From an uncultured Spirochaetota bacterium (GTDB taxonomy: Bacteria > Spirochaetota > Spirochaetia > SZUA-6 > Fen-1364), in the NCBI GenBank assembly GCA_963845535.1, contig CAWJSK010000012.1:864001-928000 (forward strand): a stretch of DNA of 64,000 nt, given 5' to 3'. Position 1 is the stretch's first letter; every line of letters begins with the position of its first letter. Below, one piece after another: positions 9,509 through 19,219 of the stretch. Below the pieces are notes generated by a model, which was not told where the DNA came from, searched no databases, and saw nothing but the letters and a program-made list of their open reading frames with translations. The position numbers were made by a program, and so were the translations under genes.

Positions 9509-9823
9509 CTAACACGCCGTCAGCGGTTCTGTCCCGCCGCCGCGTGTTCCGCCGACGGACCGTCCCTTTGCCAGATATCCAGTCCCTTTGCACACGTCGC
9601 ATTCACTCCACTGGGAATGGTCCCAGTTCCACAGCGCGCCAAGGGTCTGACACGTGGGACATGCGCGCAGCTCGCGTTTCCCCGAGTTGACCCTCTGATC
9701 GAAACAGCGCATGTGGTAGATACGCCCGCCATCCACGCGAGCTACGTCGTGCAGGATCTCCTCACCGCACAGCTCGCATGCGTAGCGGGGTTTCCCCGGC
9801 GCAAGAACGGTTCTTCGCGACAT
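9509..9823 (-). CDS. Small double zinc-finger-like protein
   Basis: CELC...HMRC then CPTC...CDVCKGTG; GAGGAGG RBS. Confidence 0.7.
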   Translation of the reverse strand: MSRRTVLAPGKPRYACELCGEEILHDVARVDGGRIYHMRCFDQRVNSGKRELRACPTCQTLGALWNWDHSQWSECDVCKGTGYLAKGRSVGGTRGGGTEPLTAC

Positions 9824-9859
9824 GGCTCACCCTCCTCAGTAAAAGTATATACGCGCCGT

Positions 9860-9875
9860 GTAAGGTTTCGGTTAA
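9860..9875 (-). promoter_or_regulatory. Two-unit PHO-box-like site
   Basis: Minus strand TTAAC-N6-CTTAC followed by a TATACT-like -10. Confidence 0.45.
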
Positions 9876-10009
9876 TGCGCATTCGACGAAATTTCGCACT
9901 TCCTTTATGGCAACCAGGAGAAGTTGATGTCCGCCGTGGGGTGTTTGCCGCGGCCTCCGCGCTAGATACCGCCCCAGCGCAGAGTACCGCCCCCGCGCAG
10001 ACTACTGCG

Positions 10010-10315
10010 CTATGGGTGCTCTACCGGAAAGGCCGAGTCCCGGGACGCAGGCAGGCCCGGCGTCGGCGTCGAAGAGGCATCCTTCCCGCTGATGACCCTG
10101 TACCCGTCCCCAACTCGCTCGATATAGCCCTTCATGCGCAGCTCGCCAAGGATCAGGTAGAACCGGTCGCTGAAATCGACCGTGCAGTTTTGAATGAAAA
10201 CACAGAGGTGATGAGACTCGATGACCCTGTCCGTCCCGAACCGCTGCAACTCTTCCAAAAGGATCCTCGCGGACCTGCTCAATCTGGGGAACGCGGCTGT
10301 TCCTATGACGTCCAT
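10010..10315 (-). CDS. Hypothetical protein, possible winged helix
   Basis: GGAG RBS; LGELRMKGYIERVGDGYRV resembles a wHTH helix-wing. Confidence 0.5.
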   Translation of the reverse strand: MDVIGTAAFPRLSRSARILLEELQRFGTDRVIESHHLCVFIQNCTVDFSDRFYLILGELRMKGYIERVGDGYRVISGKDASSTPTPGLPASRDSAFPVEHP

Positions 10316-10378
10316 GGCTTCACTCTCCAGTCTTAACAATTTACCAGGCATCTGCGAACATCACACCCCATGCGCGCC

Positions 10379-10756
10379 TCACGCGGTGCGCGGGCTTTCC
10401 GCCCTGGGCGTTTTCGCTTTTCCGCCCAGGGAATCAAGCGCCTCGATCTCGGTCCGTTCCAGCGGAAGGAACCCGATCAGTCGCGTCAGCTCCATCACCT
10501 TCATGACGGCCGGCGGGACACTCACGATGCGGAAGGCGAGAGCGTTCTTCGTGAGCATCGCGTTGATGGACAAGAGCGCGCCGACGCCGCTGGAGTCGAT
10601 GTATTTCACCCGCTTGAGGTTGAAAACGAACGAACAGACCTTCTTTTCCATGACAGCGTGCACTGCGTCCTCGAGGCGAAAGGCATTGTACAGATCGATC
10701 TCCCCGGCGACGTCGATGATGCAGCTCTCATTGAAAAACCTGATGCTGAGGTCCAT
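10379..10756 (-). CDS. STAS-domain anti-sigma factor antagonist
   Basis: GEIDLY, YIDSSGVGAL with phospho-acceptor Ser. Confidence 0.88.
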   Translation of the reverse strand: MDLSIRFFNESCIIDVAGEIDLYNAFRLEDAVHAVMEKKVCSFVFNLKRVKYIDSSGVGALLSINAMLTKNALAFRIVSVPPAVMKVMELTRLIGFLPLERTEIEALDSLGGKAKTPRAESPRTA

Positions 10757-10874
10757 AGGTTCGCCCTCCCTGGTGGCGAACTTTGCGTTGGCCGTGTTAA
10801 GGCATGATGAAATATCCTGGTTTTTTGTGTGAACAAAGCGCGCGAGTCCTGGCGTTACATCAGTCCGGCGTACG

Positions 10875-11993
10875 TCATGCAAGCAATCGTATCCGGGAGA
10901 ACACGTACTCCAGATGGTCCGTCTTGAGGACGGTGCGGAAATACTCCGTATCATCGAGCCGACGAACGTCGCTTCCTTCGGTCGGGAAGTCCCCGACCCG
11001 CCTCGCGGGACGCCCGTTGCCGTTTGACAGGTACCTGTCGCTCCTGCGCCTGTCGAACCAGTGCACAAGGCTGATCTGGCCCTCGGCGATCTCGATGGCA
11101 GTCACTCCCCTCTTGCCGATGGCGCAGCCGGAATTGAACAGGCAGGGGACGGAGATCTGTTCGTTATACAGCCCGCTTCGCATTCCGTCCCGGCGATCCT
11201 TTTCCCACAGGTGCGTCAATTCCCCCTTGTAGCCTTCCACGACTTTTTCGATGGCCTGGCGCGCTCGCGGGGAGACCACCGGGTAGTCGCGGCAGAGCTG
11301 TTCGATCCTGAACTTCAGCGTGTCGATCTTGGACAAGGATTCGAAAAGCGGACGGTGCGTGTGCCCGATGATGGAGACGATCTTGCGGGCGCTGGAGAAC
11401 GCATACACCCTGTGCTCCGTCCTGTACCGCTTGCTGCTTTCGTAGTGCACGGGAATGTTCCTGATGTTGAGCCTGTTCGCGAAATGGCGAAGAAAGAAGC
11501 CTGATACGTCGTTGAATCGTTCGAAGAAGATCGTTGCCTGGTGGCCGTGGAAGAGGAAAATGGTGTCTGAGCCGAACGACAGCCGCAGCGAAGCGAAGAG
11601 GGGGTGACCGAGGGACGGCGCGTCGAAATGCCAGAGAGCTTCGTCGTGGTTGCCGACGATCCTGTAGATCTCCGTGCGGCGGGCGAACTGCCGAAACAGC
11701 TCGTAGAGGATCTCCCAGCGCCGCTGGATCGCGTCAAACGGGAAACGCTGCAGCTCCTCGATGTCGCCGTTCAGGACAAGGGAGAAGTTGTTTGTGAGGT
11801 AATAGCGGCGAAGGACCTGCTCAAGCAGATCGCCGTTGGAGAGGAAGTCATCACGGCTGCCTCCGTCCCCCAGGTGCAGGTCGCTCACAACGACGAGCTT
11901 GTCGGACCGGGACAGCTCACGCACGGGAGAGGAATCGTAGAGTCTCTGGAGCGTGGCCTCGATGGTGGAAGCGGCCACTTCGAGGGCCGGCAT
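10875..11993 (-). CDS. Metallophosphoesterase (calcineurin-like)
   Basis: SDLHLG, NGD, GNHD, HGH, GHTH motifs. Confidence 0.85.
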   Translation of the reverse strand: MPALEVAASTIEATLQRLYDSSPVRELSRSDKLVVVSDLHLGDGGSRDDFLSNGDLLEQVLRRYYLTNNFSLVLNGDIEELQRFPFDAIQRRWEILYELFRQFARRTEIYRIVGNHDEALWHFDAPSLGHPLFASLRLSFGSDTIFLFHGHQATIFFERFNDVSGFFLRHFANRLNIRNIPVHYESSKRYRTEHRVYAFSSARKIVSIIGHTHRPLFESLSKIDTLKFRIEQLCRDYPVVSPRARQAIEKVVEGYKGELTHLWEKDRRDGMRSGLYNEQISVPCLFNSGCAIGKRGVTAIEIAEGQISLVHWFDRRRSDRYLSNGNGRPARRVGDFPTEGSDVRRLDDTEYFRTVLKTDHLEYVFSRIRLLA

Positions 11994-12742
11994 CAGGCGC
12001 GCTCCCCGAGCTTCGTTTTCAGCTCGCTCCACAGCGCGCCGTAGGACTTTCCGGCCGCCGAATGCGGGCGGAAGTACGCCACGGGCCTTCTGGTCACCCC
12101 CATCCTTTCAATGTCAGACATTGCGGGGATGATGGACAAGCACGCACCGGGCTCCCGGGCGGAAAACACCTCCATGGTTTCCCGGTGGATCCGCTTGCGC
12201 TTTTCGACCATGGAGAAAAACGTTACCAGACGCGAACGGTCCAGATGGGTGCGGCCGAAGAAAACGGATATCTCCTCGAAGGACCGAATGGACAACGGCG
12301 TGGGGATGAGCGGCACGAGGATCAGGTCCGCGGCCCGAAAGATGTTCTCCGCGAGGAGTGAAACCCCGGGAGGGCAATCGAGGAAAACCCATCGATACGT
12401 CTTCGAAAGAGGGCGAAGGATGCGCTTGATCGCTGACCTCGCTTTTCGCTCATCGGCCAGCCGCAGGTCGAGATTGCGGTAGGCGAAACGGGATGGAAGC
12501 ACATCGAGCCCGGGAAACGGAGACTCCTGTGCAATCTCCGCCAGGCTGATCTTTCCCTTCACGAGGTCCTTGTTCTTTCCCGTCCCATCCGTCCTGCCGA
12601 GATAGAAGCCGGCGGCACCCTGGGGGTCGAGGTCCCAGAGCAAGGCCCGTTCGCCGTCACGCGCGGCAAGGCACGCCAGGTTGACCGCCGTGGTCGTCTT
12701 CCCGACCCCTCCCTTGAGATGATACACGGCGACGGTGGTCAT
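11993..12742 (-). CDS. ParA/MinD-family ATPase
   Basis: KGGVGKTT, DLDPQG, DCPP; ATG overlaps the CHAD gene stop. Confidence 0.9.
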   Translation of the reverse strand: MTTVAVYHLKGGVGKTTTAVNLACLAARDGERALLWDLDPQGAAGFYLGRTDGTGKNKDLVKGKISLAEIAQESPFPGLDVLPSRFAYRNLDLRLADERKARSAIKRILRPLSKTYRWVFLDCPPGVSLLAENIFRAADLILVPLIPTPLSIRSFEEISVFFGRTHLDRSRLVTFFSMVEKRKRIHRETMEVFSAREPGACLSIIPAMSDIERMGVTRRPVAYFRPHSAAGKSYGALWSELKTKLGERA

Positions 12743-15105
12743 GAGCGGACCCGGGAAGCTCGGCCGGTCCAGAGGTCGAACAGCCCCTGGACGGATCCCC
12801 AGAGAGTTCGAAAGCGCTCCCGCTGAGCCCGCATGATGTCCCGCTGAACCTGGACCAGAGCCCCGAGCGCCAGGAGCCAGGCGGGCTCCGCGCGCAAGCC
12901 AGGCTCTTCGGCCAGCTTTGTAAGGACATCGACGGCCACCCGAGCGTCTTGATGCAACCCCAGGCAGTCCTGGTAGGCAACGCACTCCTTCGCAAGCATT
13001 GCGGCCTCCTCTCCGAGGACGAGGCGAAAGAACTCCGCGGTGTATCGAAGACGCTTGAACAGGATCCGAAGCCGATGCATCTCGTCGGCAGACAGCTCCT
13101 CGGGGTTGCGTCGCGCCCATGGCGCGATCCGGGACAACGCCTTTGCAATGCGGCGTCGGCCGAGCTCGTTTGCGGGGCCGGATGCCGCCGCTCGCTGTGC
13201 GACGCCCTCCGCCGCTTCCCGTGTCGTTTCCTGTGTCGCTCCCGGCGCGGCTGCCTGCGTTGCTTCCGACATCCGATCGAGCAACGCCGCGTAGCGCTCC
13301 GAGCGGAGCGCCGGCACCAGGAGGCACCGAGCCTCCGCGGCACGGCTTTCCATCACGCCGGTCAGGGCGGCCTTGAAGGCCGGATCCGCATCCACCAGCG
13401 CGAGCTGGGATTCCAGCCGGGCACGCAGGACGTCGAGGTCTCTCACCCGCCCCAGAAGCTCGGCAATCCAGGAAAGCTCGCGCTTGATTGCGTCACGCGT
13501 TTCGATTCCGAGAATGGCGCCGAACAACCTGCAGGCGAATCTGGCCCGGCGCGTGGCGACACGAAGGTCGTGGACAAACTCCGCATCCAGGTCCCGCAGC
13601 GCGCCGGGCGTGTTTGCCTTCATCCGCCATGCCTCCCCGCTGAGGATCTTGCGGCACACCGCGACTGCATCGTCACCCTTGGCGGGAAGAAAGTCCGCGG
13701 GAAGCGGCGCGCCGGGAAGAGGGACGCCGAACCTGAGCAGAGCAGCCCGCAATTCGGACCCCCCCAGGTCCCGCACGCTGAGCGTATTCCTGAGCAATCC
13801 CACCAGGTAGTCCAGCTCGAACGGGGAAGAGCCGCGCCGGTCGAGGACCATCGTGAGGGCTGTCTGGGACGCCGCCTCATGAAGCGGTGAACGAAGCTGC
13901 CAGGCGCGCAGGGCCAATCCCAGGTTTGATGCGGAGATGCTGGCAAGAGTCAGGACCGTCTCCCGGAGGGCGGCCTCGAGGCAGGGTACGCCGGGAAAGG
14001 AACGCGTAATCGCTTGCACGGCGCGCGCGACGGGCCCGGTCCTCGGAGGCATATCGGCAGAACCTTTCTGGGCATGCTCCTGTCTCCCTCCACGGAGAAG
14101 ATGCCACCGCAGGTCCCGCGGCGTGCAGTAAAGCTCGCAGCCCTGTTTGAACAGGCTGCCTCCCTGCGTGTCGAAATACAAGCGCGTCTCTTCCTTGCGC
14201 GAACGCACGCGAAACCGGTACCCCAGCCGCGAAAGGCCTGCCTGCACTGTCTCCTCGGTCGTTCCCGGAGGACTCTCCAGAAAGACAACCTGATTCTCAG
14301 CAGGGGCGGCGGCGACGTTAGGGGCCGCGGGGCGCGGCGGCCGCCGCGCGGTCGGCGCAGGCTCTGGCAGCGCCGGTACAGGCTCCGGCCGCGCCGGCTT
14401 TTGCGGCGCCGGCGCAGGCGGCGCGGGGTCCGGCGGTTCCGTCTCTTGCGGCACCGGCGCGGCCGACCCCTCACGGGTGTCGAGCAGCAGGAGCCCCTCC
14501 TCGAACTTCGAGCGCGCGGAGGGCACGAGCGACAACTCCCGCCCCAGGGCCTCGAGAACGGAGAAAAGCTCTTCACGTGTCCCGGCCGGTCTCAGCTCGA
14601 TCTCCAACTCCATGTATTCGCGTTCCCGACCGCCCGCCGCCAACTTCACCCGGTCGAGGCTCATCTCCGCCAGGACTCGATCTGCCCGAACGAGGTTTCT
14701 GACGAACCGAAGCTGGTGCACCTCGAACAGGACGACAAGCGGCTCGAGGCCGACCAAAGCGAGCACAGTCTTGCGCAGATCGCTTTCAGGCCAATCCCCC
14801 GGCTGCGCGGGGAGCTCCAGGTCGACTTCCAGCTCCTCCCGTTCATGAAGCCCGTCCACGGAAAGTGAGCCCGAAGCCGGCGCAACCTGCTTCGCGGTTG
14901 CCGAGAGCCGACCTCCTTTGCTTCTCAGGCGAAGGGCCCACCCGGCCGCCAGGAGCGCGCGGCTTGCGGTGTCCTGGTACACGTCCGTGACCGCGGCCTC
15001 TCCTTCTTCGGTCAGCGCGAACCCGGCCAGCTCGCGCAACGCTTTCACGTGGTTGTATGAAACGAGATCAAAGACGACAAACTTCGCTTCGGTCTCCCGG
15101 CTCAT
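12739..15105 (-). CDS. CYTH and CHAD domain polyphosphate-binding protein
   Basis: ETEAKF, ELEIEL, SKFE (CYTH); VHDLRVATRR, LGRVRDLDV, HRLRILFKRLRY, LGLHQD (CHAD). Confidence 0.88.
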   Translation of the reverse strand: MSRETEAKFVVFDLVSYNHVKALRELAGFALTEEGEAAVTDVYQDTASRALLAAGWALRLRSKGGRLSATAKQVAPASGSLSVDGLHEREELEVDLELPAQPGDWPESDLRKTVLALVGLEPLVVLFEVHQLRFVRNLVRADRVLAEMSLDRVKLAAGGREREYMELEIELRPAGTREELFSVLEALGRELSLVPSARSKFEEGLLLLDTREGSAAPVPQETEPPDPAPPAPAPQKPARPEPVPALPEPAPTARRPPRPAAPNVAAAPAENQVVFLESPPGTTEETVQAGLSRLGYRFRVRSRKEETRLYFDTQGGSLFKQGCELYCTPRDLRWHLLRGGRQEHAQKGSADMPPRTGPVARAVQAITRSFPGVPCLEAALRETVLTLASISASNLGLALRAWQLRSPLHEAASQTALTMVLDRRGSSPFELDYLVGLLRNTLSVRDLGGSELRAALLRFGVPLPGAPLPADFLPAKGDDAVAVCRKILSGEAWRMKANTPGALRDLDAEFVHDLRVATRRARFACRLFGAILGIETRDAIKRELSWIAELLGRVRDLDVLRARLESQLALVDADPAFKAALTGVMESRAAEARCLLVPALRSERYAALLDRMSEATQAAAPGATQETTREAAEGVAQRAAASGPANELGRRRIAKALSRIAPWARRNPEELSADEMHRLRILFKRLRYTAEFFRLVLGEEAAMLAKECVAYQDCLGLHQDARVAVDVLTKLAEEPGLRAEPAWLLALGALVQVQRDIMRAQRERFRTLWGSVQGLFDLWTGRASRVRS

Positions 15106-15584
15106 GGGGCGAGCACGCGGGGGGGAAGAAGCCACAGGAGAGATCCCCGGGGGCGCAACGGGTCGGTGATGTCCAACCGGGCCAGGCCGCCCTTCTTGCA
15201 TTCGACCCGCCCTCCGCCAATGCAGGCGGCTATGGTCTCGCTGAAATCCGGCTCGTGTCCTACGAGCATGAGCGCCCCGACCTCGGCGTGATCGGAGAGT
15301 ATTTCGCGAAGCGCAGGGAGGTCGAACCCCGGGGAAAGGCGCTTGTCGGTCAGGAGAGAATCTCGAAGACCGAGTGCGGCGGCTACGATCTCAGCCGTCT
15401 TTACGGCTCGGACAAGCGGGCTGGAAAGAATCAGTGAAATGCCCAGGGAAAGCCCTGCTAAGGTCTTGGCCTCTCGGGCCATCCGCGCCACGCCCTCGTC
15501 GCTCAAAGCCCGCGCGTTGTCATCGCCTTTCCACTCCTCTTTGCCAAGCGCATCTCCGTGGCGAAGAAAGTAAAGGTCCATCAC
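15102..15584 (-). CDS. sixA: Phosphohistidine phosphatase SixA
   Basis: LRHG, SSPLVRA, VGHEP motifs. Confidence 0.88.
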   Translation of the reverse strand: MMDLYFLRHGDALGKEEWKGDDNARALSDEGVARMAREAKTLAGLSLGISLILSSPLVRAVKTAEIVAAALGLRDSLLTDKRLSPGFDLPALREILSDHAEVGALMLVGHEPDFSETIAACIGGGRVECKKGGLARLDITDPLRPRGSLLWLLPPRVLAP

Positions 15585-17695
15585 GCACCCCCTTGAGCTC
15601 CCCGTTTCTTGATGAAATCCGCCTGCGCGTCGATCACTTTCCCGTCATTGCCGTGGCCGCCCGGGGCGTACGCGCCGTCGGCGGTCATCACACGCGCCTT
15701 CACATTGTCCGCGAGATACGTAGCCAGCACGTCGTCACGGAGGTGGCGAATAAGCCTGGGATTGTCGACGGGAAAAAGGATCTCGACGCGCCGATCGAGG
15801 TTACGCATCATCAAGTCCGCGCTTCCCAGGTAGACCTCCTCCTGGCCGCCGTTTTGAAACCAGAACACGCGGCTGTGCTCCAGGAACCGTCCGACAATGC
15901 TCGTGACGCGGATGTTTTCACTCACCCCGGGGATGCCCGGACGGAGGCAGCACATGCCGCGCACGATCAACTCCACGCGGACGCCCGCCTGCGAGGCCTC
16001 GTACAGGATCTGGATCATCGGTTTGTCGACGAGGGAGTTGATCTTGAAAATCAGGTGGCCCTGGCCGCCGCGCCGCTGGTGATCGATCTCCCGGCGGATC
16101 AGCTTCTCCAGCCCTGAGCGGAGGCTGATGGGGGCGACGAGGAACTTTCGGTACGCGCGCTTGTTGGAGTAACCGGTCAGGTAGTTGAACACGTCGGAGG
16201 CGTCCGCGCCGATTGCGTCATCACACGTGAAGAGGCCGAGGTCCGTATACTGTTGGGCGGTGATGGCGTTGTAGTTGCCGGTGGAGAGGTGCACGTAGCG
16301 GCGGATCCGCTCCCCTTCCTGGCGGACCACGAGGGCGAGCTTGGAGTGCGTCTTCAGGCCCAGGAGGCCGTACACCACGTGAACGCCCTCGCTTTCCAGC
16401 GCGCGCGCCCACTCGATGTTGCTCTCCTCGTCGAAGCGCGCTTTCAGCTCCACGAGGACCGCCACCTGCTTGCCGTTTCGCGCGGCATCCAGGAGCGCTT
16501 CCACGACGGGGGAATTGCGCCCCACGCGGTATAGCGTCTGCTTGATTGCGAGCACGTCAGGGTCCCGCGCCGCCGCGGCCAGGAAGTCCACCACCGGCGT
16601 GAACGAGTCGTAGGGGTGATGGAGAAGGATCTCCTCCCGGCGGACCGCGGCGAAGATATTCGTGTCCGGATCCTGCAGGACGGACGGCATGGCGGGAACA
16701 AACGGCGCATACTTCAGATCCGGCCTCTCCAGGTCGTAGAGCTGCGAGATGTCGCTCATCCCCAGAGGAGGCTCGAGCGTGTAGATGTCCCGCGGTTCGA
16801 CCTCGAGGTTCTCCACGAGGATGTCGCGGATGGCTTCCGGCATGTTCGGGTCCACCGTGACGCGGACCACCTTGCCGAAGCGCCGTTGTCTCACCCCGCG
16901 CTCGATCGTCTCCAGCAGGTCCTCGGCTTCCAATTCCTGGATGGAGACCTCCGCGTCTCTCGTCACTCGGAAAGGGTAGGATTGGATCACCGTCAGGCCG
17001 GGGAACAGGGAACCGAGGTTGCGGGAGACCACCTGGTCCAGCCAGACAAAGGCGGAAGCGCCCGCGCTTTCCTTGCCGGGAACCACGGGCAGGAGGCGGG
17101 GCAACGTCCCGGGCAGTTTCACCCGCGCAAAACGCTCCTGCCCGGCAGGGTCGCGTATGACAAGGGCGAGGTTCAGGCTCATGTTGGAGATGTGAGGGAA
17201 CGGTCGGCCGGGGTCCACGGCAAGCGGAGTCAGGACAGGGAAGACCACTTCCTGGAAGTAATGGTCCACGGAAGCCCTCTGCGTGTCGTCAAGCTCCTCA
17301 TAGGAAAGTACCTTGATCCCCGCTTCCTGCAGCAGCGGGAGCAGCTCCCGCAGGCAGGAGCGTGTCTGAAGCATCAACTCCTGCGACTCCTTACGGACGG
17401 CCTGAAGCTGCGCTGACGGGGTGAGTCCGGCCGGTGAGCGTTCCGCCACGCCGGCCTCGACCTGCTGCTTCAGCCCGGAGACCCTGACCATGAAGAACTC
17501 CGCCATGTTTGAGCTGACAATGGAAAGGAACCTGACCCGCTCCAGGAGAGGGTTCGCGGGGTCCATGGCCTCTTCCAGCACACGGCGGAAAAAATCCAGA
17601 AGGGAGAGCTCGCGATCGATGAAAAGAGCGGGATCTCCCAGGTCGACGCCAGCGGCGGCAGGCTCAGGGGCGGGGGCGCGCGCGGTTTCAGGCAT
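15581..17695 (-). CDS. ppk1: Polyphosphate kinase 1
   Basis: RELS, FFMVRV, HHPYDSF, ELKARFDEE, KTHSK, GRFLEHSR, SADLMMRNLDRRVE. Confidence 0.97.
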   Translation of the reverse strand: MPETARAPAPEPAAAGVDLGDPALFIDRELSLLDFFRRVLEEAMDPANPLLERVRFLSIVSSNMAEFFMVRVSGLKQQVEAGVAERSPAGLTPSAQLQAVRKESQELMLQTRSCLRELLPLLQEAGIKVLSYEELDDTQRASVDHYFQEVVFPVLTPLAVDPGRPFPHISNMSLNLALVIRDPAGQERFARVKLPGTLPRLLPVVPGKESAGASAFVWLDQVVSRNLGSLFPGLTVIQSYPFRVTRDAEVSIQELEAEDLLETIERGVRQRRFGKVVRVTVDPNMPEAIRDILVENLEVEPRDIYTLEPPLGMSDISQLYDLERPDLKYAPFVPAMPSVLQDPDTNIFAAVRREEILLHHPYDSFTPVVDFLAAAARDPDVLAIKQTLYRVGRNSPVVEALLDAARNGKQVAVLVELKARFDEESNIEWARALESEGVHVVYGLLGLKTHSKLALVVRQEGERIRRYVHLSTGNYNAITAQQYTDLGLFTCDDAIGADASDVFNYLTGYSNKRAYRKFLVAPISLRSGLEKLIRREIDHQRRGGQGHLIFKINSLVDKPMIQILYEASQAGVRVELIVRGMCCLRPGIPGVSENIRVTSIVGRFLEHSRVFWFQNGGQEEVYLGSADLMMRNLDRRVEILFPVDNPRLIRHLRDDVLATYLADNVKARVMTADGAYAPGGHGNDGKVIDAQADFIKKRGAQGGA

Positions 17696-19214
17696 CCGGC
17701 TCCCCCTCCTGCGACACGAGCATCACCGGGGCGCCGAAAACCCTGCGGAAAAGGTCGCTCTTTTTCTCCAGGGCCCAGCGCTCGAGCAGCAGCTCGCCCC
17801 TGTGGCCCGCGGCAATCTCGATGCGCCCGTCGCGGTGTCTCACCTCGATGCGCCGTATCTTCTCCTGGTGCTCCTTGTCCAGCGCGTCCGCAATGCGAAG
17901 GATGGCCGCCAGGCGCCGCACGCGCTCGCGGTCCGCGCTGGTCAGGAACGCGAACTCCGCGTGACGAATGCTCGGAGCGCTTTTCCTGTGGTAGCGCGCG
18001 ATATTTGCAACCAGGAACATTTCGCCCGGGTTGAACCCGCTCAGCTCGCTTCTGGAGATGAGGTACAGAGAGTGCTTGTGATGCCCTTTCAGGCTCACGA
18101 AATCCCCGATGTCATGAAGGACCGCCGCCGCAATGAGAAGCCGCCTGTCGCGGGCGCCCAGCCCATGGGTGGAGGAGAGCTGGTCGAAAAGCTGGCCGGC
18201 CAGACGGGCCACGTGGACCGAGTGGGCCTCATCGAAGGAATATTTCCTTCCGATTGCCACCGCGTCCTCCACCATGCTCTCCTCGCTTGAAATCCGGCGC
18301 ACATCGATCTTTTCTGCCAGGTCGAACACGATCCCCTCCCGAATCCCGCCCCCCGGCGCCAGGATCTCATCCGCTTTGAAAACCTCGGCCAGGTGCAGAT
18401 AGACCACGGCAGCGGGGAGAATCACGTCCGCCCGGTCCGGCCGGAGCTCGAGCTCCCTCATGCGTTCCTGCACGCTCATGCGGGAAAGAGCCGTCACGAC
18501 CTCTCGAAGCGCCTTGCGAGAAAGACGCAGCGTGTCCGGAGCGTCCTCAGCCTTCCCTGCTATCCTGGCCAGGACTTCGATGTTCCCCCCGGTCGCAATG
18601 AACCCCCGCGCTTGCGAGCCGCGCGCCCGGGAAGACAGACGGATGGTGGCGACGTACTGGGTGAGAAGCTCGAGGAAGTCTTTTGTCTCTTTTCCCCCGG
18701 GGGCGAACATTTCCAGGAGGCGCACCGCGCCCATGGCGTGCGTCTCACACCACAGGATCTTCGAGGCGCTGGCAAGGGACACTTCCACGCTCCCCCCGCC
18801 CAGCTCCACCATGATCCAGTGGTCCGCTCCGAGGAGAAAGCGCCGGGCCACCGCGACGTGGACCAGCCGCATTTCCTCGGGTCCTGAAATGATCTCCAGG
18901 GAGATACCCGTGCGCCTTTTCACATCGCGCACGAACTCCCTGCGGTTGGGACTTTCGCGGACGGCGCTCGTTGCCACGGCGCGGTACTTCTGGACGCCCA
19001 GTTCCTTCATCTGGGCCGCGGCTTGCTGGAGGCCCTCCACGGCCGCAGCCTCGGCGTCCACGCGCAGGCGTCCGGTAGAGAAAACGCCGTGCCCGAAACG
19101 CACAGGGAACCGCGTCTCCGCAAGGACTCGGGAAACCGCGTCCCCGTCCATCTCGACGGCGAAAAAGCGGATCGCGTTCGTTCCCACGTCGATGGATGCG
19201 ACCCGCTGGGACAC
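17688..19214 (-). CDS. ppx: Exopolyphosphatase Ppx/GppA with HD domain
   Basis: IDVGTN, ATSAVRE, ELGGGSVE, GIREG, LHDIG. Confidence 0.92.
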   Translation of the reverse strand: MSQRVASIDVGTNAIRFFAVEMDGDAVSRVLAETRFPVRFGHGVFSTGRLRVDAEAAAVEGLQQAAAQMKELGVQKYRAVATSAVRESPNRREFVRDVKRRTGISLEIISGPEEMRLVHVAVARRFLLGADHWIMVELGGGSVEVSLASASKILWCETHAMGAVRLLEMFAPGGKETKDFLELLTQYVATIRLSSRARGSQARGFIATGGNIEVLARIAGKAEDAPDTLRLSRKALREVVTALSRMSVQERMRELELRPDRADVILPAAVVYLHLAEVFKADEILAPGGGIREGIVFDLAEKIDVRRISSEESMVEDAVAIGRKYSFDEAHSVHVARLAGQLFDQLSSTHGLGARDRRLLIAAAVLHDIGDFVSLKGHHKHSLYLISRSELSGFNPGEMFLVANIARYHRKSAPSIRHAEFAFLTSADRERVRRLAAILRIADALDKEHQEKIRRIEVRHRDGRIEIAAGHRGELLLERWALEKKSDLFRRVFGAPVMLVSQEGEPDA

Positions 19215-19219
19215 GAGCT

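Noticed and set aside
9967..10005. 18-bp imperfect tandem repeat as a functional element
   Set aside because: Only two copies, no other occurrence noticed, no supporting context
7200..10400. Prophage or integrated element
   Set aside because: No integrase, transposase, att repeats or phage structural genes despite the collagen repeat and small ORFs
11993..12742. Chromosome or plasmid partition locus
   Set aside because: No parB, parS or rep; embedded in the polyphosphate operon
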